A stretch of DNA of 20,000 bases from the NCBI GenBank assembly GCA_918797485.1, contig CAKKNE010000001.1:6257008-6277007 (forward strand), given 5' to 3'. A program made the translations under genes and the position numbers. The stretch is from Pelagomonas calceolata (lineage: Eukaryota). Below are positions 7,857 to 16,553 of the stretch, one piece after another. The notes under the pieces were generated by a model. It ran no database searches, was not told where the DNA came from, and saw only the letters and a program-made list of their open reading frames with translations. Numbering within the stretch: position 1 is the stretch's first letter; every line of letters begins with the position of its first letter.

Positions 7857-9727
7857 TTAATCCCCTCCCTGCCACTCCGGCTCCGGCAATCCCTTGATGC
7901 CGAACGGCATCTTCGCGCGGAACAGCTGTCCGCCCGCCGGCCGCGCCGCCGTCGTGATGAAGAGCTCGTCGAGGTCGGGCCCGCCGAACGTACAGCTCGT
8001 CGGCGTCGGGCAGCCCGGCGTGTGCACGACGAGATCGATCGCGCCCGTCGCCGGATCAATACGCACGACGCGTCCCGCGCCGTTCAGCGCGACCCAAATC
8101 ATACCCTCTGCGTCGCACTGCGCGCCGTCCGGGCCGCCCGGCCAGTGCGGCGGTTGCGTCCAGATCAAGCGTCTATTCTCCGGCTTGCCGCTCTTCGGGT
8201 AGTCGAACGCGTAGATTTTTCGCGTCGGCGTGTCGGCGAAGTACACCGTTCGACCATCAGCGGGAAAGCAGCAGCAATTTGAGACCCTGAACTTGTAGTC
8301 CAGCAGCTCCTCGTATTCAAAGTCCGCGCCGAAACGGTACAGGCCCGAGTTGTCCTCACCCTGTGACGCGCCCGCCCGATGGTAGTTGTTGTACATACCC
8401 ATCACCATACGCCCGTCGCGATCGACGCGGCCATCGTTCGGTCGCGTGTTTCCCTCGGCAGGAGGCGCCGCCAACACCACCGCTTCGCGAGCGGTCTCGT
8501 CCAGAGACAGGATCGCGTCCTCGCCTCCGAGAAGAAGGCCGCCGCCAGCCCTTGCGGCGACGAAGCCGAGCGTGGTCCCGAAGCGCGGTATGATCTTGTA
8601 GGGCGCGTCCTCGCAGTTCCAGCGCCAGAGTTCGCCCTCCACCGCGGACACCCAGTACAACGTGTTGTCGCGCTGCGACCAGATCGGCGACTCGCCCAAC
8701 GCGTTTGCGCACGCGACGGCGACGCGGGCCGTGATCTCCCGCGGCGGCGTCGTTTCAGGAGTCGTTGGCGCACTGAATTCACATATTCTAGAGAATTTCT
8801 CCGCGACCAAAGAGGCACCGCCGACTAATGCGCCGTCGACGTCCGGTTGCGCCATCAATCGATCAATGGACTCGGGCGTGACTGATCCTCCGTACTGTAC
8901 GCGGACGCGACGAGCCGCTTCGGCACCGAGCACCTCGGACAGCGCTCGTCGCACGGCGACGTGAGCGGCCTGCGCTTGTTCTGGTGTCGCCACCTTGCCC
9001 GTTCCGATGGCCCAGACCGGCTCGTAGGCAATGGCAATTCTGTCGGCATCGGCGACGTCGACGCCAGCTAGACCCTTTCTAACTTGCAAGCTCACGATCG
9101 TCTCCAGTAAATCAGACTCGTATTCTTCGAGCGTCTCGCCGACCTGTGTGTGACTCTATCGTCAATCTCCAGGCATCGACGCGACGCTTGAAATTTGATT
9201 GCCGCGCGGCTTGCTGCGCACAGAATGACCTTGAGGCCGTCTTGCGCGAGGCATCGCAGAACTTTTTGGTTGCACACGTCGTCGCCCTCGTCGTACAGAG
9301 TCCTTCTCTCTGAGTGGCCGACGAGCGCCCAGTCACAGCCTAAGCTTCGTACCATCGAAGCTGCGACTTCGCCCGTGAACGCTCCCGACTCCTCCAGCGA
9401 GATGTCCTGCGCGCCCACGGCAATGCCCGTGCCGTCGACGGCCTCGAGCGCCGTTTGCAAGAATGGCATCGGCGGGAATATGACAATTTCCGGCGGTGCT
9501 GCCATCGTGCGTACGTTCGACGCGAGCAACGCCAGCAGCGCGTCGGCATCTTGCGCCGTCGACGGGTTCAGCTTCCAATTGCCCGCGATGAGCGCGCGCC
9601 GCTGCGGTTGCGCGTCGTACCAGACGCTGCTACTGAGCCGGGACGACGGTGCGCGCACAGTGCTGCTTCGCGGTGCGACAAATGCATGGCTGGACGCCAG
9701 CGCCAGCGCTGCTGCGAGCATTTGCAT
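7857..9727 (-). CDS. TPI: Triosephosphate isomerase fused to a C-terminal SMP-30/gluconolactonase/LRE domain; exons 9727-9218 and 9143-7857 (about 598 aa)
   Basis: TPI motifs: IAGNWK, GAQD, GAFTGE, VGHSERR, ILC|VGE across the intron, AYEPVWAIGTG, YGGSV, VDGALVGGASL. A linker SAPTTPETTPP follows, then SMP-30 motifs LGESPIW, RPNDGRVDRDGR, VSN..F..DGRTVYFADT, PDGAQCDAEGMIWVA, PTSCTFGGPDLDELFITTA. Presequence MQMLAAALALASSHA-FVAP. Confidence 0.9.
9144..9217 (-). other. Predicted GC-AG intron (74 nt) in TPI
   Basis: TGC|GCAGCAAG...ATTGAC...CACACAG|GTC GGC GAG restores the conserved ILCVGE. The unspliced frame stops at 9092. Confidence 0.7.
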
Positions 9728-9968
9728 GATGCCGCCCGGTGTGATACAGTTGTCCGCTATCGTTAAATGCAGTAATGCTAGTCGTCCGCGAGAGATCAGC
9801 CTCTTTTTGCACAGCTGCAAGAGGCTGCTCTCACTGCTCTCAGCCTCGCACAAAGCGCATCAATCGTTACCTGCACGTAGAATTGGGCTCGGGCCCTTCG
9901 CGCTGTAGCTGAGTGCTAGTGCGACGCTCGTGCGGCCAAAACTGCCGGCGAACCGGCGTGCAAACACC

Positions 9969-11201
9969 ATGCACCGTCGAGCAGCGCTCATCACCGCCAT
10001 AGCGGTCGCGTCGGCGCTGAGCGGTGGCAGTGTACCGCAAGGTGTGCGGCGCGTCGCCGTCTCGGACGGCGTGCGACAACCCGAGGTCGACGCGCTGATC
10101 AATGCCGCCCGCGACTGCGTCGGCGTCTCGTACGCGAGCACACGCATCGACAATACCAGACGTTGCGCCTTGTTTGAATCACTGGACGACATCGAACCGC
10201 TCATCGAATACTGGGACGAGATCGGCGGTGCGCCACTGCTCATGCTCGCCGACGATCAATCATGGGACGACTCGTGCAATGTAACGGCGCGAGCTGCGGC
10301 TGCCGTCGATAAATTCGCGGCCCAGCACGCGTTGCTCAAATCGTTGTCGACGCGACCGACCGCCGCAAAACACGTTGTAGCGGAAAACGTGGCGATCGAC
10401 GGCTCCTACGTGGACCACGGAGGCGACCGATGGTTCGACACGTCGCGCGTGGCAGCCGTCGACGGCCTCGTTGATGAGGCGCTCTCCGCGTCGTTGCTGA
10501 AGGCGATGCGCGCCCGACCGGACGGCGTCGACAAGCGCAGCTGGCGACGCGGCGCTCTCAGAGACGTCGTCGACGGCGAGTCTTTGTCGTCAGCCGGTGC
10601 GTGCTGGGGCCTCTCGTCGGCGCGCTTGAAAAGCCTCTACGCCTCCGATGCCGTCATGGAGCTCCAGAGCCGCATCGTCGCATACCTCGAGCGATGCAAC
10701 GACGAGGTCCTTGTGAGTGCGCTTCCTGAAGCGGCCCTCGGTGACGCCGTCGGGCCGATCGCCGCCAACGCACCTGTGCACGGGGACGAGTACGGCTGGC
10801 ACATCGACGCGGACCCTATGTTGCTTCCCCCAGGCCCGTTTACGGATTTCTTCGGTCGCGCTCCCAACAGAGCGCCTGGCTGTCCTCGATTCGTCTCCGC
10901 CCTCGTCTACCCGGTCCCGGAATGGCAACCAGACTGGGGCGCACCGACCGAATTCCTCGACCCGCCGACGGGCGAGACGATCGCGATCGAGCCTCGACCG
11001 GGCCGCGTCGTGTTTCTGGACCAGGACGTGTCGCACCGCGTTTGCGCGCCGACGGCCGCGGCCTGTTCGCGGCCCCGCTACAGTCTTGTAATGAAGCTCG
11101 TGCTGCACGCACCAGGTGCAGTGGCTCGCTTCGCGCCGGACCCGCCAGACACGGTCGTAGGGTCCGCTAGACCTCCTGCCGACGCTATCGACGCGAGTTA
11201 A
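9969..11201 (+). CDS. 2-oxoglutarate/Fe(II)-dependent oxygenase (prolyl-4-hydroxylase-like domain)
   Basis: HxD in YGWHIDAD, RFVSALVY, WGAPTEF, PRPGRVVFLDQDVSH (distal His), RYS (2OG-binding Arg). N-terminal hydrophobic signal AALITAIAVASA-L. ATG at 9969. Confidence 0.85.
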   Translation: MHRRAALITAIAVASALSGGSVPQGVRRVAVSDGVRQPEVDALINAARDCVGVSYASTRIDNTRRCALFESLDDIEPLIEYWDEIGGAPLLMLADDQSWDDSCNVTARAAAAVDKFAAQHALLKSLSTRPTAAKHVVAENVAIDGSYVDHGGDRWFDTSRVAAVDGLVDEALSASLLKAMRARPDGVDKRSWRRGALRDVVDGESLSSAGACWGLSSARLKSLYASDAVMELQSRIVAYLERCNDEVLVSALPEAALGDAVGPIAANAPVHGDEYGWHIDADPMLLPPGPFTDFFGRAPNRAPGCPRFVSALVYPVPEWQPDWGAPTEFLDPPTGETIAIEPRPGRVVFLDQDVSHRVCAPTAAACSRPRYSLVMKLVLHAPGAVARFAPDPPDTVVGSARPPADAIDAS

Positions 11202-11245
11202 CCTAGCTTGTTGTAGTACTCCACTTATTCACATAATACACACTT

Positions 11246-12112
11246 TCAAGAACCCGACGAGTCCTCGTCGCGTCGAACGAGGCGCCGCAATCCTGCAATA
11301 AAGTCGGGCAAAGAGCCCTCCTCCCGGAAGAGCACGGGAATTTCCGGCGGGTTGTCGCGGAGCCGCTCCGCGGTGTCCAGCGCGGCGAGCGCCACGTTCC
11401 CGAGCAAGGCCACGAAGATGACGACGGAGAGCGTCTGCACCAGGTTCGGCTCGAGCGACAGGATCCAGTTCTCGCTGATGAGCTTTCGCGCGACAGCAGT
11501 GGCCAGCACCGGCGCGACGGCGAATCTCACCACATTGAATACCGCGATGCGGTAGGCGGTTCTTCCCAGGAGACTAGTACAGAAGAGGACGAACTCGTCC
11601 CGCGAGAGCGAGCCCGACCCGTCGAGGTCCGCGTCATCGAAGAGTTTGGCGGCTTTCTCGCGCGACGGCGGGTTCACCGGCGCCTGGCGGTTCGCGAGGA
11701 TGTAGAGCTGGAGCACGATGGGATACGCCTCTGTCTCGCTCAGCTCTCCATCGTTGTTCGCATCCGTCGCATTGAACAGCGCGAACACGTTGCGCTCGAA
11801 CTGCTTGCCCGCGAACACGCGCACGACTCGCGACGTCTGGACCAGCTTTCGTCGGATCTCCCGCCGGCCCTCAGCGTCGATCTTGGGAGCCGCGATGCGC
11901 GGCCGCTGGAGCGACTCGAGCGTGAAATCGATGCGCGGCCGCTGGAGCGAGGCGAGCGTGAAATTCTCGCGCAAGGACTCGAACCGCTGCAAGAATTCCG
12001 GCCTATTTGGCGGACGAGCGAGGCGTCGAGTCCGTGGCGCAACGTCGCGGCAGGGTCCCAACAGCGCTGTGCAGCAGTGTATTATGCTGTAGAGCAGTGC
12101 GGCGCGTTTCAT
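11246..12112 (-). CDS. EF-hand calcium-binding protein with C-terminal hydrophobic (probable TM) helices
   Basis: Two canonical 12-residue loops, DANNDGELSETE and DLDGSGSLSRDE. Hydrophobic segments IAVFNVVRFAVAPVLATAVA and LVQTLSVVIFVALLGNVALAAL. Signal-like N-terminus. Confidence 0.82.
   Translation of the reverse strand: MKRAALLYSIIHCCTALLGPCRDVAPRTRRLARPPNRPEFLQRFESLRENFTLASLQRPRIDFTLESLQRPRIAAPKIDAEGRREIRRKLVQTSRVVRVFAGKQFERNVFALFNATDANNDGELSETEAYPIVLQLYILANRQAPVNPPSREKAAKLFDDADLDGSGSLSRDEFVLFCTSLLGRTAYRIAVFNVVRFAVAPVLATAVARKLISENWILSLEPNLVQTLSVVIFVALLGNVALAALDTAERLRDNPPEIPVLFREEGSLPDFIAGLRRLVRRDEDSSGS
11893..11964. repeat. 36-bp tandem duplication inside the EF-hand gene
   Basis: CGATGCGCGGCCGCTGGAGCGA(CT/GG)CGAGCGTGAAAT twice, encoding FTLASLQRPRI and FTLESLQRPRI on the minus strand. 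Confidence 0.9.
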
Positions 12113-12334
12113 CGCTTTTGGATGTTATTTATCGCGTAGCAGCGAGTATGATGCAGCATCTTGAGCGTGCTGCGAGGCGGTTAAGCTTTAGAACACGCGC
12201 GCGCGTCAAAAGCGCCTAAAACCCGCTCGAAGCTGTCCAAAACGTACGTGCGTGGCTCGACTCTACAGCTGTAAGCGCTGCAAAAAAGTGTGCTCTGACA
12301 TCGCGCACAGTGCGTGCCGAGACAACGCAGCAAT

Positions 12335-14092
12335 ATGGCTGCCGCATCACAGCGAGCCATCCGATTATTAGCAGGCGCCAACGTAGCAGCACTCGGCACG
12401 CTCGGCGCAGCGATTGCGTTGAAGCCCGACGGCGATGCCACGACTGGTGGCGTCGTCGCCCAGGCGGAAGCGGTCGGCCGCGCGGCACGGCTCGCCGGCA
12501 CGCTCGCCGTCGTCGCCGCGGACTACAAGGGCGTCGAGTGGTTCTCGAATGAAACCAAGGACGCGTCGGCGAGCGAGCGCTTGAAGAAAGCAATGGCCGA
12601 GCAGGAACTCTCGGGCCTGGAAGTCGAGCGCGCCAAAGACGCCGCCGCCCGCGAGGCGGGCGTGCGACGCGCGGCGGCGGCGCGCGAGGCCGTGCTGCGC
12701 GAATCGGCGGCCGTCGCCGCCCAGGGTAGCGCGACGACGCCTTGGAACGCGGCACACGAGCGGAACGCGGCGCGACTGTTGCATCTAGCAAGGGCGAACG
12801 GCGGCGTGTACGTGAAGATCGCGCAACACTGCGCGCAGCTCGACTACTTGCTACCGCCCGAGTACACGACGGCCTTTGCCTCCTGCCTCGACGACGCGGC
12901 GCGGTCGTCGTGGGACGACGTCCGCGCGGTTGTGAAGGAGGAGCTCGGCGCCGAGCCGGACGAGGCCTTTGACGCGTTCGAGCGCGAGCCGATCGCGAGC
13001 GCTAGTTTAGCTCAAGTCCACCGTGCGGTCTGGAAGGGAAGGGACGTCGCGGTAAAAGTGCAACACCGCGGTCTCCGCGAGACGAGCGTCGGCGACCTGG
13101 CGCTCTGCGGCGCGGCCGTGGGCGTCTTCGGCAAGCTGTTCCCGGCGTTTCGGATGCAGTGGGTCGTCGACGAGATTGCGCCGCACCTGCCGCGCGAGCT
13201 CGACTTCGTCGCGGAGGCGGCGAACTGCCGGCGCTGCGCCAAGACGTTCGAGCGGTGGCCGGACGTCGTCGTGCCCGAGGTCTTCGACGAGGCGACGTCG
13301 GCGCGCGTGCTGACGATGAGCTGGGAGCCGGGCGTCAACGGCACGCGGAAGGACGAGATCCGCGATGAGCTGGGCCTCGACCCGACGGCAGTCGCGGCGC
13401 TCGTGTCGACGGCGTTCGCGTTCCTGACCTTCCACGACGGCCACGTGCACTGCGACCCGCACGCGGCGAACGTGCTCGTGCGCGCGTCGCCGGCGGGCCG
13501 GCCGCAGCTCGTCCTGCTGGACCACGGGCTCTACCGCGAACTCGATGATGAGTTTCGTTTGGAGTGGGCGCGCCTGTGGCGGGCGCTGGCGCTCGCGGAC
13601 GTGCCTGGGATTCGCGAGAGCGCCGAGGCTTTGGGCGTGGGCGACCTTTATCCGCTCTTCGCGGCCATGCTGACGCAACGCCCGTGGGACGACGTCGTGA
13701 ATCCGGACCTGGACTCGCTGCGGCGCACCGGCGCCGCGGACGACGCCATGCTGAGGGAATATGCCCAGCGTTACGCGCAGGAGATCACGGTCGTGCTCGA
13801 CCGCGTGCCGCGACAATTGTTACTTTTGTTAAAGATGTCGGACTGCTTGCGGCACCTGGACCGCTCGCTCGGCGGCACGACGAACACCGACGTCGTCACG
13901 GCGCACGCGTGCGCCGACGCCCTGTACGCCGCTGACGGGCGGCTCCGGTCGTATCTCCGCGTGAAGCTGCGGCTCTGGGCCTACGAGTGGCTCTCCGCGT
14001 TCCGCGGCGCGAACCTGGCCCGTCAACGCGAGGCATCGGTCAGCGTGCCAGAGATGACGTCGGGGTTTGCGAAGGATGACCGAGGTGTGTAA
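12335..14092 (+). CDS. ABC1/UbiB/ADCK atypical kinase (ADCK1/5-like)
   Basis: NGGVYVKIAQH (KxGQ-like), PIASASLAQVHRA, VAVKVQH, ELDF..EA.N, HCDPHAANVLVR, LLDHGLY. ATG at 12335. Confidence 0.92.
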   Translation: MAAASQRAIRLLAGANVAALGTLGAAIALKPDGDATTGGVVAQAEAVGRAARLAGTLAVVAADYKGVEWFSNETKDASASERLKKAMAEQELSGLEVERAKDAAAREAGVRRAAAAREAVLRESAAVAAQGSATTPWNAAHERNAARLLHLARANGGVYVKIAQHCAQLDYLLPPEYTTAFASCLDDAARSSWDDVRAVVKEELGAEPDEAFDAFEREPIASASLAQVHRAVWKGRDVAVKVQHRGLRETSVGDLALCGAAVGVFGKLFPAFRMQWVVDEIAPHLPRELDFVAEAANCRRCAKTFERWPDVVVPEVFDEATSARVLTMSWEPGVNGTRKDEIRDELGLDPTAVAALVSTAFAFLTFHDGHVHCDPHAANVLVRASPAGRPQLVLLDHGLYRELDDEFRLEWARLWRALALADVPGIRESAEALGVGDLYPLFAAMLTQRPWDDVVNPDLDSLRRTGAADDAMLREYAQRYAQEITVVLDRVPRQLLLLLKMSDCLRHLDRSLGGTTNTDVVTAHACADALYAADGRLRSYLRVKLRLWAYEWLSAFRGANLARQREASVSVPEMTSGFAKDDRGV

Positions 14093-14319
14093 TGTGTTTT
14101 GTGGTACTAGAAGTATTCGCAAATCTTTCAATCTGCACGGGTTTTACAGCGTTTCGAGCAAAAAACCGCCAGGGGCCGTACGAAGCTTGGCACTGGCCTC
14201 TGAGCAGCAATACTGATTGCGCCTGAACCTTAGAGCATCGCTGCGGCGCCTGACGAGCCGTCGCACCGCTTGGTCAAGCAAGCTCTCTGCGCAGCGCGCC
14301 TCCAGCGGTGCGCGAGCGC

Positions 14320-15057
14320 ATGTGGCAAGACCAGCAGACCAAGCCAGGCCAAGCACTAATTGTCGTCGTCGCGTTGTTTGCACTAGCCGCGACCGCTACC
14401 ACCATCATGTCCGCGCACGTGGAGTCGACAAAGACGGAGGTTATCCTCGTGCGCCACGGCGAGTGCGAGATGAATCTAGAGGTCGCGGATAAAGTCGGAG
14501 GCCGCGCCAGCGCGTCGCCGCTCACGGCAAAGGGCGAAGCGCAAGCGTCGAAATTAGGCCGCTGGCTGCGCTCGCGCGGTGTGCGCTTTGACCGCGTCGT
14601 CGCGTCGACGGCCGTGCGGGCCACGCGCACCGCCCAGCTGATGCTCGCCGAGCTGGAAAATCCGCCGCAGCTGGAACTCGAGGCCTCTTTGGAGGAAATG
14701 TCGCAGGGCGAATGGGAGGGACAGCCGCGCAGCGAGTGCTACACCGCGAAGACAGTCGCCGAGATTGATGAGGATCCGCGCGGCTTCGCCGCTCCGGGCG
14801 GCGAGTCGAAGGCAGACGTCGAGGCGCGTGCGGTTCAGGCGATCGAAAAGTATGCGCGCGACGGCGAGAAAACCGCCGTCGTGATGCACGGCATCGTCGC
14901 CAAGTGCTTCCTGCGCCACGTGCTCAAAAGCGACTGGGCGTCGCTGCACGAGGTTGCCCTGGAGAATACCGGGCTGATGCGCTTCGCCCGGAAGGGATCG
15001 GGCCACTGGCGCGTCGAGTCCGTCAACGAGACGCCGCATTTGTGTGACGACTTGTAA
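14320..15057 (+). CDS. Histidine phosphatase superfamily (phosphoglycerate mutase-like) protein
   Basis: ILVRHGE, PLTAKGEAQA, S..RATRTA, LEEMSQGEWEG, PGGES, VVMHG, VNETPHL. Start at 14320 (adds a hydrophobic anchor or signal) or 14407. Confidence 0.9.
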   Translation: MWQDQQTKPGQALIVVVALFALAATATTIMSAHVESTKTEVILVRHGECEMNLEVADKVGGRASASPLTAKGEAQASKLGRWLRSRGVRFDRVVASTAVRATRTAQLMLAELENPPQLELEASLEEMSQGEWEGQPRSECYTAKTVAEIDEDPRGFAAPGGESKADVEARAVQAIEKYARDGEKTAVVMHGIVAKCFLRHVLKSDWASLHEVALENTGLMRFARKGSGHWRVESVNETPHLCDDL

Positions 15058-15317
15058 CTTCACTTCTAGTTCATGTTTGAATCACGAGCGGATAGAACGA
15101 GCGGAGCGCTCAAACCCCGCACCCAAGCTCGATTGCAGAGCTTGGACGACAGAATTGTGCAAATATCGACACGCCCGACACCAATTGGCAGCCCAACGTG
15201 TGGGAGGAAAACTTCCAAGACCAGCGCTCACTCGCCCTCGTGCGCCTGCTCCCAGGAGAAGCCAAAAGGGCAGCACCCAGAGGCACCTCTCCTCCAGCCC
15301 GCGCCGTCGTCGTCGCG

Positions 15318-16553
15318 ATGGCTGCCCAAGCCCTCGCACGTGTTACTCTCGAAGAAGACGAGCTCGCAAACGCGTCGGGGCTGCGCGCGGCCTTGCTAAA
15401 AACGTCGGAATGCGTCGTCGAGACGGACACGCCAATTTACTCGGTGGTGCACGTTGCTGTCACGCCATACCGGACCGTAAGGCTCGTGGCGCACGGAACC
15501 TGCGAGAACGGGCTTGTATTGGAGTTGCGGAACACCTCGTATCCGCCGCTTCTCCTAGCGAAGATCCTCGCGGCGGCGGACGCGGCCGCAGCGGCCGAAG
15601 CTGCCAACGGCGGCGGTCGGGCGGCGCGCGTCGCGGCTGGAGTGACTGCCGCACGCGCGTGGCTCGCCAGCAACCTCTTCGCGCCCGCGTGGCGCGAGCT
15701 GCGCAGATGCGCGAAGCTCTGCGAGGAGCGCGGCGGCGGCATGCGCCGGGCGGATGCGGTCTCCGGCGTAGCAACGTTCGTCGTGGCTGCGGCAGGCCAC
15801 CGCACCTCGTTCGAGGCGCGGGTCCCGGCCGAGTACCCGGCGCGTCCGGCCGTGCTCACGCTCAAGTCCACGACGCTCCCGCAGCCGCTCGTCGACGCGT
15901 GTCATAAACGATGCACCGAGCTCGCGCGGAAATTGTCGGTCGGCGAGAAGCTCAATGCAGCCGAAATGCAAGCAGAAATGCAAAGCCCTGGTGCGTCGAC
16001 GCGACGAAAGAACGAGCCGCGCGTCTCGAACACGGCGAAGCACTTCCAGTCGCTCCGCCGGGACACGAAACAATTGAAGCAGATCGCGGACCTTCGTGCT
16101 GAGGGCTCAAAGACTGCGCGGCAAGACCTCAAGTCGTTTGCACGCTTCGCTAGCGAGCGAGACCAACGGGCCGAGGCAGAAACGTCGTCGACGGCCTCGC
16201 CGGGCGCGGGGACGCCGCGCCCATCGCTGCTCGCCGCCGTCGAATATCTGGTTGAGTTTGCGACGAGTCTACCCGGTGCGATGTGTGGTGTCTGCGGCAA
16301 AGCGGCTCTCGGCGGTAAACTCCCGACGCGCGCGCTCTGCGGTTGCTGGTTCCACCACCAATGTCTCAAGCGCCGGTTTGAAGCGCCGCCGTTTAAAATT
16401 GAATGCGAGCCGTGCGGTCGGAGAGTCTGGCACGAATCCTGGCCGAACCTGGAGAAGCTTGAAGCCGCGTACTACGCCAAGCAGCATCGGACGGCAGACG
16501 CGGATCTTTGCGCCGACCTGTTTCTCAATCCGGTGGTTAGAAGGGCTGAGTAA
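15318..16553 (+). CDS. RWD/UBC-like region plus C-terminal RING-type zinc finger (putative E3 ligase)
   Basis: VPAEYPARP resembles the RWD YPxxxP motif. C-terminal CGVC...CGCWFHHQC...CEPC has RING spacing. First ATG at 15318. Confidence 0.7.
   Translation: MAAQALARVTLEEDELANASGLRAALLKTSECVVETDTPIYSVVHVAVTPYRTVRLVAHGTCENGLVLELRNTSYPPLLLAKILAAADAAAAAEAANGGGRAARVAAGVTAARAWLASNLFAPAWRELRRCAKLCEERGGGMRRADAVSGVATFVVAAAGHRTSFEARVPAEYPARPAVLTLKSTTLPQPLVDACHKRCTELARKLSVGEKLNAAEMQAEMQSPGASTRRKNEPRVSNTAKHFQSLRRDTKQLKQIADLRAEGSKTARQDLKSFARFASERDQRAEAETSSTASPGAGTPRPSLLAAVEYLVEFATSLPGAMCGVCGKAALGGKLPTRALCGCWFHHQCLKRRFEAPPFKIECEPCGRRVWHESWPNLEKLEAAYYAKQHRTADADLCADLFLNPVVRRAE

Noticed and set aside
9092..9853. 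Truncated TPI pseudogene or two separate genes, as the ORF track suggests
   Set aside because: A 74-nt intron joins the two ORFs exactly at the conserved ILCVGE, and all catalytic motifs are intact.
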